From a virus (lineage: Duplodnaviria; Heunggongvirae; Uroviricota; Caudoviricetes), in the IMG/VR virus record IMGVR_UViG_2571042690_000010: a stretch of DNA of 15,083 nucleotides, one strand, 5' to 3'. Below the pieces are notes generated by a model. That model did no database searches. It was not told the DNA's origin and saw only the letters and a list, made by a program, of their open reading frames with translations. This document shows, piece after piece, positions 1 through 7,014 of the stretch. Position 1 is the first letter of the stretch. Every line of letters begins with the position of its first letter. A program made the position numbers and the translations under genes.

Positions 1-40
1 AGAGAGGACCGTCGTAAGGCGGCACGGGGAGAGTAATTCA

Positions 41-391
41 ATGACTCAAAACTATGAACTGATTGTGAAAGGGATCCGCAATTTTGAGAATAAAGTTACG
101 GTAACTTTAGCGTTACGGGACAAAAAACGCTTTGACGGTGAAATTTTTGACCTGGACATCTCGCTGGACCGTGTTGAAGGTGCCGCGCTGGAGTTTTATG
201 AGGCAGCAGCCAGAAGGAGCATCAGACAGGTCTTCCTGGATGTTGCTGCCGCGTTATGTGAAGGGGATGAGCAGTCGCCGGAAAAGCGCCCCGTAATTTT
301 AGAGGCGCAGAATGTATGGATAACCTACAAAGGAAAGCTACCGGGAAGAATTACTGGTTCTCTGAAGACTCCTCCGGAATCACAACCTTAA
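41..391 (+). CDS. Hypothetical phage protein (116 aa), immediately upstream of the endolysin; function unknown
   Basis: Complete ORF with ATG at 41 preceded by GGGGAGAG about 8 nt upstream. No hydrophobic transmembrane stretch, so it is not a holin. It sits where Qin-type prophages carry ydfR between holin and lysozyme, but that is a positional guess from memory only. Confidence 0.55.
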   Translation: MTQNYELIVKGIRNFENKVTVTLALRDKKRFDGEIFDLDISLDRVEGAALEFYEAAARRSIRQVFLDVAAALCEGDEQSPEKRPVILEAQNVWITYKGKLPGRITGSLKTPPESQP

Positions 392-454
392 GTCACTGAC
401 CGGAACAGATAAACCTGTCCGTGGGCAGAAACCGATAAATCCTGATAAATATCC

Positions 455-988
455 ATGAACGCAAAAATCAGATACGGCCTGTCGGCTGCCGTTCTGGCAC
501 TGATTGCCGTCGGTGCGCCCGCGCCTGATATTCTCGACCAGTTTCTGGATGAAAAAGAAGGTAACCACACAACGGCATACCGCGATGGGTCCGGCATCTG
601 GACCATCTGTCGGGGGGCCACGATGGTGGATGGAAAACCCGTTTTTCCCGGTATGAAACTGTCGAAGGAAAAATGCGACCAGGTCAACGCCATTGAGCGT
701 GATAAGGCGCTGGCATGGGTGGAGCGCAATATTAAAGTACCACTGACCGAACCACAAAAAGCGGGTATAGCGTCATTCTGTCCCTATAACATTGGCCCCG
801 GTAAGTGTTTCCCGTCGACGTTTTATAAGCGGCTGAATGCCGGTGATCGTAAGGGCGCATGCGAGGCGATTCGCTGGTGGATAAAAGATGGTGGGCGCGA
901 TTGCCGCATACGTTCAAATAACTGCTATGGACAGGTTATTCGTCGTGACCAGGAAAGCGCATTAGCCTGTTGGGGGATAGAGCAGTGA
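455..988 (+). CDS. Phage endolysin, T4-lysozyme-like (GH24) with N-terminal signal-anchor-release (SAR) domain
   Basis: 177-aa ORF. The N-terminus [18 protein letters not shown] is a weakly hydrophobic Gly/Ala-rich segment typical of SAR domains. It is followed by [16 protein letters not shown], which fits the Glu-Asp-Thr catalytic spacing of T4-type lysozymes. It closely resembles the 177-aa R lysozymes of lambdoid E. coli prophages as I recall them. Confidence 0.9.
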   Translation: MNAKIRYGLSAAVLALIAVGAPAPDILDQFLDEKEGNHTTAYRDGSGIWTICRGATMVDGKPVFPGMKLSKEKCDQVNAIERDKALAWVERNIKVPLTEPQKAGIASFCPYNIGPGKCFPSTFYKRLNAGDRKGACEAIRWWIKDGGRDCRIRSNNCYGQVIRRDQESALACWGIEQ

Positions 989-1446
989 GCAGAGTCGCCG
1001 CGATTATTTATGCTTTGGTTATCTGCATCATCGTCTGCCTGTCGTGGGCGGTCAATCATTACCGTGATAACGCCATCGCCTACAAAGAACAGCGTGATAA
1101 AAAAGTCAGTGAGCTGAAGCAGTCGATCGCCACCATCGCTGACATGCAGCAGCGTCAGCGTGATGTTGCTGCACTCGATGCAAAGTACTCGAGAGAATTA
1201 GCCAATGCGAAAGCTGAAAATGAAACTCTGCGCGCTGATGTTGCCGCTGGTCGTCGTCGGTTGCACATCAAAGCAGTCTGTCAGTCAGTGCGTGAAGCCA
1301 CCACCGCCTCCGGCGTGGATAATGCAACCAGCCCCCGACTGGCAGACACCGCTGAACGGGATTATTTCACCCTCAGAGAGAGGCTGATCACTATGCAAAA
1401 ACAACTGGAAGGAACCCAGAAGTATATTAATGAGCAGTGCAGATAG
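985..1446 (+). CDS. Rz: Rz i-spanin (inner-membrane spanin subunit)
   Basis: GTG at 985 overlaps the endolysin stop (GTGA). The product [30 protein letters not shown]... has an N-terminal TM helix and a coiled-coil periplasmic part, near-identical in pattern to lambda Rz (153 aa). The ORF track's TTG at 970 is a less likely start. Confidence 0.9.
   Translation: MSRVAAIIYALVICIIVCLSWAVNHYRDNAIAYKEQRDKKVSELKQSIATIADMQQRQRDVAALDAKYSRELANAKAENETLRADVAAGRRRLHIKAVCQSVREATTASGVDNATSPRLADTAERDYFTLRERLITMQKQLEGTQKYINEQCR
1205..1387 (+). CDS. Rz1: Rz1 o-spanin lipoprotein, fully embedded in the +1 frame of Rz
   Basis: 60-aa [27 protein letters not shown]... with a lipobox (VVGC) and a PPPPP proline tract, as in lambda Rz1. 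It lies entirely inside Rz in another frame. Confidence 0.9.
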   Translation: MRKLKMKLCALMLPLVVVGCTSKQSVSQCVKPPPPPAWIMQPAPDWQTPLNGIISPSERG

Positions 1447-1449
1447 AGC

Positions 1450-1467
1450 TGCCCATATCGATGGGCA
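1450..1467. terminator. Hairpin in the 31-nt gap between convergent Rz and bor; possible bidirectional terminator
   Basis: TGCCCAT-ATCG-ATGGGCA forms a perfect 7-bp stem with a 4-nt loop between the Rz stop (1446) and the bor stop (1478). No clean U-run follows, so terminator function is uncertain. Confidence 0.3.
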
Positions 1468-1477
1468 ACTCATGCAA

Positions 1478-1771
1478 TTATTGTGAGCAATACACACGCG
1501 CTTCCAGTGGAGTATAAATGCCTAAAGTAATAAAACCGAGAAATCCATTTACGAATGTTTGCTGGGTTTCTGTTTTAACAACATTTTCTGCGCCGCCACA
1601 AATTTTGGCTGCATCAACAGTTTTCTCCTGTCCAATTCCCGAAACGAAGAAATGATGGGTGATGGTTTCCTTTGGTGTTACTGCTGTCGGTTTGTTTCCA
1701 ACAGTAAACGTCTGTTGAGCACATCCTGTAATAAGCATTGCCAGAGCGGCAGAAAACAACATTTTTTTCAT
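1478..1771 (-). CDS. bor: Bor/Iss-family outer-membrane lipoprotein (serum-resistance moron)
   Basis: Minus-strand ORF MKKMLFSAALAMLITGCAQQTFTV...EARVYCSQ has a lipoprotein signal with lipobox ITGC and matches the lambda Bor / E. coli Iss pattern as I recall it. The ATG at 1771 has an AGGA Shine-Dalgarno 7 nt upstream. An upstream in-frame ATG at 1786 (MQDNKMKKML, 102 aa as in Iss) has no Shine-Dalgarno. Confidence 0.9.
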   Translation of the reverse strand: MKKMLFSAALAMLITGCAQQTFTVGNKPTAVTPKETITHHFFVSGIGQEKTVDAAKICGGAENVVKTETQQTFVNGFLGFITLGIYTPLEARVYCSQ

Positions 1772-1787
1772 CTTATTATCCTGCATT

Positions 1788-1816
1788 GTTAAAAACGGCA
1801 GAATCCTATGTGACAA
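1788..1816 (-). promoter_or_regulatory. Candidate sigma70 promoter for bor
   Basis: On the minus strand: TTGTCA (-35, complement of 1811-1816), a 17-nt spacer, then TTTAAC (-10, complement of 1788-1793), placing the transcript start just upstream of the AGGA Shine-Dalgarno of bor. Hexamer match only. Confidence 0.35.
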
Positions 1817-1951
1817 CAATTAAACGATAGTTAAATGGATTGATGAAAATTAAAACTATATAGGTGGATGCTCAGCCTATCGGAGGTAGTCAGGATTTGA
1901 ATGTCAGTCTGTTGTCGGCATTCTGGCAATGCAATTTGGATAAAGCGGGGA

Positions 1952-2074
1952 TTAAAAAGATAGAGGCGAGCCGGTCAGGTAGAAATGAATCAGGCTCAAA
2001 GTGAAGCGGAAAAGGTCTGTGGCACAAGCTGATGCAGCCATAATTACAGCCTGATGATTTGTGGAATGAAACAT
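1952..2074 (-). CDS. Small hypothetical protein (40 aa) with a near-perfect Shine-Dalgarno, upstream of bor on the same strand
   Basis: Minus-strand ATG at 2074 preceded by AAGGAGG with a 6-nt spacer; stop TAA at 1952-1954. Product MFHSTNHQAVIMAASACATDLFRFTLSLIHFYLTGSPLSF. Absent from the ORF track because it is under 60 aa. No homolog recognised. Confidence 0.4.
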   Translation of the reverse strand: MFHSTNHQAVIMAASACATDLFRFTLSLIHFYLTGSPLSF

Positions 2075-2154
2075 GTTGAACCTCCTTAATTGATGTTATT
2101 CGAGTGATGAAGGCATTCTGTCCTTCTATAGTGTCCAGTAAATCAAACAGGAAA

Positions 2155-2176
2155 CTTGTCCAACGTGTTGGACAAG
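2155..2176. repeat. Perfect 10-bp inverted repeat (CTTGTCCAAC gt GTTGGACAAG)
   Basis: Read directly from the sequence. It lies about 80 bp upstream of the small minus-strand ORF and about 120 bp upstream of the HNH start. No U-run follows on the + strand, so it is more likely a protein-binding site than a terminator. Confidence 0.5.
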
Positions 2177-2296
2177 CCTCTCCATTAGTGAGTTGTATTG
2201 ATCACAACTCTACAAAGAATTCATTACTGGGTAGATGAAAATAGTTTCACTATGAATGGAGGAGGCTATGTCGGTGGCTTCTTCATTGGAGTACAT

Positions 2297-2647
2297 ATGC
2301 CCCCACGAATCCCACGCGCCTGCCGTAAGCGTGGATGTGCAGGTACAACCACAGACAGTTCTGGTTACTGCGATAAACATCGTGGCGAAGGATGGGTACA
2401 GCATCAACGCGGACTGAGCCGCCACCAGCGTGGCTATGGCTCGAAATGGGATGCCATACGTGCGCGCATACTGAAGCGTGATAATCATCTGTGTCAGAAC
2501 TGCCTGCGCAATGGGAGAGCCGTTGAAGCCAGAACTGTGGACCACATCATTCCGAAAGCTCATGGTGGCACGGATGCAGACAGTAACCTGCAGAGTCTGT
2601 GCTGGCCCTGTCATAAAGCAAAAACAGCGCGCGAACGCATCAATTGA
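2297..2647 (+). CDS. HNH homing-type endonuclease associated with the terminase (packaging accessory)
   Basis: ATG at 2297 with GGAG 5 nt upstream. The product has a Cys-rich N-terminus (CRKRGCAGTTTDSSGYCDKHR) and an HNH core (VDHIIPKAHGG...N...LCWPCH). It sits immediately upstream of the terminase genes, as in HK97-like phages. The ORF-track start at 2198 (TTG) and the ATG at 2252 lack a Shine-Dalgarno. Confidence 0.85.
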   Translation: MPPRIPRACRKRGCAGTTTDSSGYCDKHRGEGWVQHQRGLSRHQRGYGSKWDAIRARILKRDNHLCQNCLRNGRAVEARTVDHIIPKAHGGTDADSNLQSLCWPCHKAKTARERIN

Positions 2648-2794
2648 TAACAGTTCCCATCTGTAGGGGAGGGGCAGGCCAAATCTCTGCAACCCTGGCT
2701 GCTCAGTACCGCCGCCTGACCTTTCCTCGCATCGCCGCAGGTTCGAAAACTTTTTTTTGGAATGTGATTAAATGATTGATAGGTAAAACCGATT

Positions 2795-3277
2795 ATGTCT
2801 GGACCCCCGAAAACCCCGCCACGCCTGCATTTGATACGAGGCAACCCCTCAAAGCGGCCAGTTAAAGACCTCAAAAAAACCGCTAAAAAGGATGAAAAAG
2901 GTCTCCCTAAAATTCCGCAACATTTAGGGGCGCAGGGGAAGTACTGGTTCAGGCGAATGGCGGAAGAGCTGAATGCGGAAGGGATCATTTCTCAGCTTGA
3001 TGCGCGTGCGCTTGAGCTACTGGTGGAAGCCTATACCGAATACCGGCATCACTGCGAAACACTCGATGTTGAGGGGTACACCTACCGCTCGAAAACGCAG
3101 AACGGTGATGTGCTGATTAAGGCACACCCGGCTGCTGCGATGAAAGCGGATGCCTGGAAGCGGATCCGGGCGATGCTTGCAGAATTTGGTATGTCACCGG
3201 CAAGCCGGGCAAAAGTAAATACCGCCGGACCGGATAATGTTGATCCGCTGGCAGAGCTTTTAAAAGCGAGAGACTGA
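2795..3277 (+). CDS. Terminase small subunit, P27 family
   Basis: 160-aa ORF with a basic N-terminus (GNPSKRP...KKTAKKDEKGLPKIP) and a family-typical body (YTEYRHHCETLDVEGYTYRSKTQNGDVLIKAHPA). Positioned between the HNH gene and the large terminase. Confidence 0.85.
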   Translation: MSGPPKTPPRLHLIRGNPSKRPVKDLKKTAKKDEKGLPKIPQHLGAQGKYWFRRMAEELNAEGIISQLDARALELLVEAYTEYRHHCETLDVEGYTYRSKTQNGDVLIKAHPAAAMKADAWKRIRAMLAEFGMSPASRAKVNTAGPDNVDPLAELLKARD

Positions 3278-5034
3278 TGGCAAAAGTGGCTGACGGGATC
3301 CGCTACGCCGAACGTGTTGTTGCAGGAGAAATTGTTGCTGGCGAATTTGTCCGCCTGGCCTGCCAGCGTTTTCTTGATGATCTGAAGTACGGCGAAAAGC
3401 GGGGGATTTATTTCAGTGAACCCCGTGCGCAGCACATCCTGAATTTCTACAAATTTGTGCCTCATGTAAAAGGGGCACTGGCAGGCCAGCCCATTGAGTT
3501 GATGGACTGGCATGTATTTATCCTCATTAATATTTTTGGTTTTGTCATTCCGCTGGTCAATGAAGAAACCGGGGAAGTTGTCATGCGCAGCGATGGCAGC
3601 GGACGTCCGGTGATGGTGCGCCGGTTCCGGACGGCGTACAACGAAGTCGCCCGTAAAAACGCAAAATCAACCCTGTCATCGGGTATCGGCCTGTATATGA
3701 CGGGGGCAGATAGTGAAGGCGGAGCTGAGGTGTATTCAGCCGCAACCACGCGTGACCAGGCCAGAATCGTGTTTGAAGACGCCAAAAATATGGTCAGAAA
3801 AGCCCGGTCGACACTCGGGCGGTTGTTTGATTTCAACAAGCTGGCGATTTACCAGGAGCAGAGCGCATCAAAATTTGAACCGCTTTCCTCGGATGCAAAC
3901 AACCTGGACGGTCTGAACATCCACTGCGCCATTATTGATGAGCTGCATGCACATAAAACCCGCGACGTGTGGGACGTTCTGGAAACGGCAACCGGTGCCC
4001 GTCTGCAGTCCCTGTTATTTGGTATCACCACGGCTGGCTTTAACAAGGAAGGGATTTGTTACGAGCAGCGTGATTACGCCATCAAGGTATTGCGAGGCTA
4101 TAACAGCGACGTGGAGGGCGCTGTAAAAGACGACTCTTACTTTGCGATCATTTACACGCTTGATGAGGGAGATGATCCGTTTGATGAAACGGTCTGGCAG
4201 AAAGCGAATCCTGGCCTGGGCATCTGTAAACGCTGGGATGATCTGCGTCGTCTGGCGAAAAAAGCGAAGGAGCAGGTCTCTGCGCGGGTGAATTTTTTTA
4301 CCAAACACATGAATGTGTGGGTCACTGCCGAATCTGCCTGGATGGATATGATTAAGTGGGAGAAGTGCGAATACATTGCTCCACAACATGAGCTGAAAAC
4401 ATATCCCATGTGGGTCGGCGTCGACCTTGCTCATAAGATTGATATCTGTGCGGCGGCAAAACTCTGGCGAACCGATAACGGACATGTTCATGCTGATTTT
4501 AAATTCTGGCTTCCGGAAGGACGGCTGGAACGATGCTCGCGGCAGCAGGCAGAACTTTACCGGAAGTGGGCGGAGATGGATAAGCTCATCCTGACGGATG
4601 GTGATGTTATCGATCATGCTCAGATAAAAAGTGACTTACTGGAATGGATTGGCGGTGAAAACCTCAGGGAACTGGGATTTGACCCGTGGAGCGCAATGCA
4701 GTTCAGTCTGGCACTGGCTGAAGAAGGGATACCGCTGGTGGAGGTTCCGCAGACGGTCCGCAATCTGTCAGAGGCCATGAAGGAAACGGAATCACTGGTT
4801 TATGCCGGGCGTTTCCATCACAGCAATCATCCGGTCATGAACTGGATGATGTCTAACGTTACTGTAAAACCGGACAAAAACGACAACATCTTCCCGAATA
4901 AATCCACGCCGGAAGCCAAAATCGACGGCCCTGTTGCGCTTTTTACAGCCATGAGCCGCTTTCTGGTAAATGGCGGGGGCGTGAATGACTTTCTGTCCAC
5001 GCTTGATCCTGATGAGGACCTGTTAATTCTGTGA
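3277..5034 (+). CDS. Terminase large subunit (HK97-like, Terminase_1 type)
   Basis: 585-aa ORF whose ATG overlaps the small-subunit stop (ATGA). Size, position before portal, and ATPase/nuclease-like motifs (for example AIIDELHAH) support the call. Confidence 0.9.
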   Translation: MAKVADGIRYAERVVAGEIVAGEFVRLACQRFLDDLKYGEKRGIYFSEPRAQHILNFYKFVPHVKGALAGQPIELMDWHVFILINIFGFVIPLVNEETGEVVMRSDGSGRPVMVRRFRTAYNEVARKNAKSTLSSGIGLYMTGADSEGGAEVYSAATTRDQARIVFEDAKNMVRKARSTLGRLFDFNKLAIYQEQSASKFEPLSSDANNLDGLNIHCAIIDELHAHKTRDVWDVLETATGARLQSLLFGITTAGFNKEGICYEQRDYAIKVLRGYNSDVEGAVKDDSYFAIIYTLDEGDDPFDETVWQKANPGLGICKRWDDLRRLAKKAKEQVSARVNFFTKHMNVWVTAESAWMDMIKWEKCEYIAPQHELKTYPMWVGVDLAHKIDICAAAKLWRTDNGHVHADFKFWLPEGRLERCSRQQAELYRKWAEMDKLILTDGDVIDHAQIKSDLLEWIGGENLRELGFDPWSAMQFSLALAEEGIPLVEVPQTVRNLSEAMKETESLVYAGRFHHSNHPVMNWMMSNVTVKPDKNDNIFPNKSTPEAKIDGPVALFTAMSRFLVNGGGVNDFLSTLDPDEDLLIL

Positions 5035-5192
5035 AACAGCTTATTACTGATATGACCGGGCTGATCGGTTTCGGTCTGCTCACTGCTGGCGTTTATCTGT
5101 ATGCAGGTCTGCCAGCGTCTCTGATGCTGTCTGGCTGTTTGTTGCTGCTTTATGCACTGGTGGTGTCCATGAGGAGAAAACATGCTTCTTGA
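5031..5192 (+). CDS. Small hypothetical membrane protein (about 46-53 aa, two predicted TM helices)
   Basis: ORF starting at GTG 5031 (overlapping the large-terminase stop) or ATG 5052, ending TGA 5190-5192 and overlapping the portal start. Product ...MTGLIGFGLLTAGVYLYAGLPASLMLSGCLLLLYALVVSMRRKHAS has two hydrophobic segments and a basic C-terminus. Not in the ORF track (under 60 aa). Weak Shine-Dalgarno. Confidence 0.35.
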   Translation: MKQLITDMTGLIGFGLLTAGVYLYAGLPASLMLSGCLLLLYALVVSMRRKHAS

Positions 5193-6408
5193 TGCTCTGT
5201 TTCGCAGTGAGCCTCTGGAAAATCCCTCGGTTCCGGTAACCGGAGAGGCCGCAGAGACGGATAATATTTTTGCCCGGGATGTGTATGTCAGTCCGGAAAC
5301 GTCCATGAGGCTGGCTGCTGTCTATGCCTGTATTTATGTTATTTCATCCAGTGTGGCTCAGATGCCCCTGCATGTGATGCGAAAAACGAATGAGCATGTT
5401 CAGCCGGCACGCGATCACCCGTTGTTCTGGCTCGTTCATGATGAACCGAATGCCTGGCAGACCAGCTATAAGTGGCGGGAACTGAAGCAGCGTCATGTGC
5501 TGGGGTGGGGCAATGGTTATACGTGGGTGAAACGTAATCGTCGTGGCGAGGTTACCAGTCTTGAATGCTGTATGCCATGGGAAACCACGTTACTTAACAC
5601 CGGAGGGCGTCATACCTACGGTGTGTATAACGAAGAGGGTGCATTTGCGGTAAGTCCGGACGACATGATCCATATCAGGGCGCTGGGAAACAATCAGAAA
5701 ATGGGACTGAGTCCGATCATGCAGCATGCTGAAACCATTGGTATGGGAATGAGTGGTCAGCAGTATACCAGTGCTTTTTTTAACGGTAATGCCCGTCCTG
5801 CCGGGATTATTTCTGTGAAAAATGAACTGAACGAACAGAGTTGGAGCAGGCTCAAGAATATGTGGCAGCGGGCGGTGACAGCGCTTCGCAGCCAGGAAAA
5901 TAAAACCATGTTGCTGCCTGCGCAACTGGATTACCGCGCTCTGACAGTTTCTCCGGTGGATGCTCAGATCATTGATATGACCAAGCTGAACCGGTCGATG
6001 ATTGCCGGGATTTTTAATGTCCCGGCGCACATGATTAATGACCTGGAAAAAGCCACATTTTCGAATATTACGCAGCAGGCGATTCAGTTTGTTCGCTACA
6101 CGATGATGCCCTGGGTTGCGAACTGGGAGCAGGAGCTTAACCGTCGCCTGTTTACCCGTACAGAACGGGCTGCCGGGTATTACGTTCGTTTCAACCTCAC
6201 GGGGTTGCTCCGTGGGACCCCACAGGAGCGTGCGCAGTTCTATCACTTTGCCATTACAGATGGCTGGATGAGTCGGAATGAAGCCAGGGCATTTGAGGAT
6301 ATGAACCCGGTTGACGGTCTGGATGAAATGCTGGTCAGCGTAAATGCAGCAAATCCGTTGAATAACTTTAAAGATACGAAAGGCAAAGAGGAAAAGAACG
6401 ATGAATGA
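5182..6408 (+). CDS. Portal protein, HK97 family
   Basis: 408-aa ORF with a strong Shine-Dalgarno (GAGGAG, 5-nt spacer), in the canonical position after the large terminase and before the prohead protease. Confidence 0.9.
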   Translation: MLLDALFRSEPLENPSVPVTGEAAETDNIFARDVYVSPETSMRLAAVYACIYVISSSVAQMPLHVMRKTNEHVQPARDHPLFWLVHDEPNAWQTSYKWRELKQRHVLGWGNGYTWVKRNRRGEVTSLECCMPWETTLLNTGGRHTYGVYNEEGAFAVSPDDMIHIRALGNNQKMGLSPIMQHAETIGMGMSGQQYTSAFFNGNARPAGIISVKNELNEQSWSRLKNMWQRAVTALRSQENKTMLLPAQLDYRALTVSPVDAQIIDMTKLNRSMIAGIFNVPAHMINDLEKATFSNITQQAIQFVRYTMMPWVANWEQELNRRLFTRTERAAGYYVRFNLTGLLRGTPQERAQFYHFAITDGWMSRNEARAFEDMNPVDGLDEMLVSVNAANPLNNFKDTKGKEEKNDE

Positions 6409-7000
6409 CCGTGAAACGCGCTGTTACAGCGGGGAGGTGCGGGCGGAACAATATGATAATGCCCCGACCCACATTCTGGGCTATGGCTCGGTATTTAACA
6501 GTCGTTCAGAACCTCTGTGGGGATTTCGTGAAATCATCAAGCCGGGGGCTTTTGATGATGTACTGAATGATGATGTACGTGGCTTGTTTAATCATGATCC
6601 TAATTTCATTCTCGGACGAAGTTCTGCCGGCACGTTGTCATTGTCGGTGGATGAACGCGGTTTACGTTATGACATTGTTGCACCGGATACTCCGACTATT
6701 TGTGACCTGGTGCTATCTCCAATGTTGCGTGGTGACATTAATCAGTCCTCGTTCGCGTTTCGTGTCGCCCGTGACGGAGAGAGCTGGTATGAAGACGACG
6801 AGGGGATTGTTATCCGGGAAATCACGCGCATTTCTCGTCTGTATGACGTCAGCCCGGTGACATATCCGGCCTATCAGGACGCAGACTCTGGTGTCCGCTC
6901 AATGAAAGCCTGGCAGGAAGCGCGGGCGAGTGGTGCGCTGAAGAAAGCTGTTAACGAACGAATGGCGCGTGAGCGTCTTTTGACCCTTCTTAATGCATAA
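6401..7000 (+). CDS. Prohead maturation protease, HK97 family (S78-like)
   Basis: 199-aa ORF overlapping the portal stop, with a Shine-Dalgarno AAGAGGAAAAG. Sits between portal and major capsid; the motif around LGYGSVFNSRSEP...GLFNHD fits the HK97 prohead protease pattern. Confidence 0.85.
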   Translation: MNDRETRCYSGEVRAEQYDNAPTHILGYGSVFNSRSEPLWGFREIIKPGAFDDVLNDDVRGLFNHDPNFILGRSSAGTLSLSVDERGLRYDIVAPDTPTICDLVLSPMLRGDINQSSFAFRVARDGESWYEDDEGIVIREITRISRLYDVSPVTYPAYQDADSGVRSMKAWQEARASGALKKAVNERMARERLLTLLNA

Positions 7001-7014
7001 GGATACTACTGACG

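Noticed and set aside
380-757. Minus-strand ORFs of 125 and 113 aa overlapping the endolysin gene
   Set aside because: They are antisense to a high-confidence lysozyme gene, have no ribosome-binding site and no recognisable family. They look like antisense artefacts of the coding strand.
1901-1963. 20-aa + strand mini-ORF (MSVCCRHSGNAIWIKRGLKR) after a GGAGG
   Set aside because: The GGAGG-to-ATG spacing is about 14 nt and the ORF is very short. It overlaps the better-supported minus-strand 40-aa ORF region only marginally. No support.
2268-2419. Out-of-frame + strand ATG just after a GGAGGAGG tract inside the HNH upstream region
   Set aside because: The spacing between GGAGG and the ATG is only 2 nt, and the frame overlaps the HNH coding frame. 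The GGAG at 2288-2291 serves the in-frame HNH start at 2297 instead.
2210-2692. 160-aa minus-strand ORF, and a 125-aa one at 2611-2988, antisense to the HNH and small-terminase genes
   Set aside because: Fully overlapped by well-supported + strand genes, with no start context. Treated as spurious.
2718-2752. GCAGGTTCGAAAAC followed by T8, which superficially resembles a tRNA T-arm or a terminator
   Set aside because: No acceptor or anticodon arms can be built around it, and the stem before the T-run is weak. More likely part of the cos/packaging recognition region.
4015-4617. 200-aa minus-strand ORF inside the large terminase; similarly 5590-6246 (218 aa) inside the portal and 7006-7473 / 6899-7291 inside the capsid gene
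   Set aside because: All are antisense to conserved structural genes with no independent signals. This is typical of long antisense ORFs in GC-balanced coding DNA.
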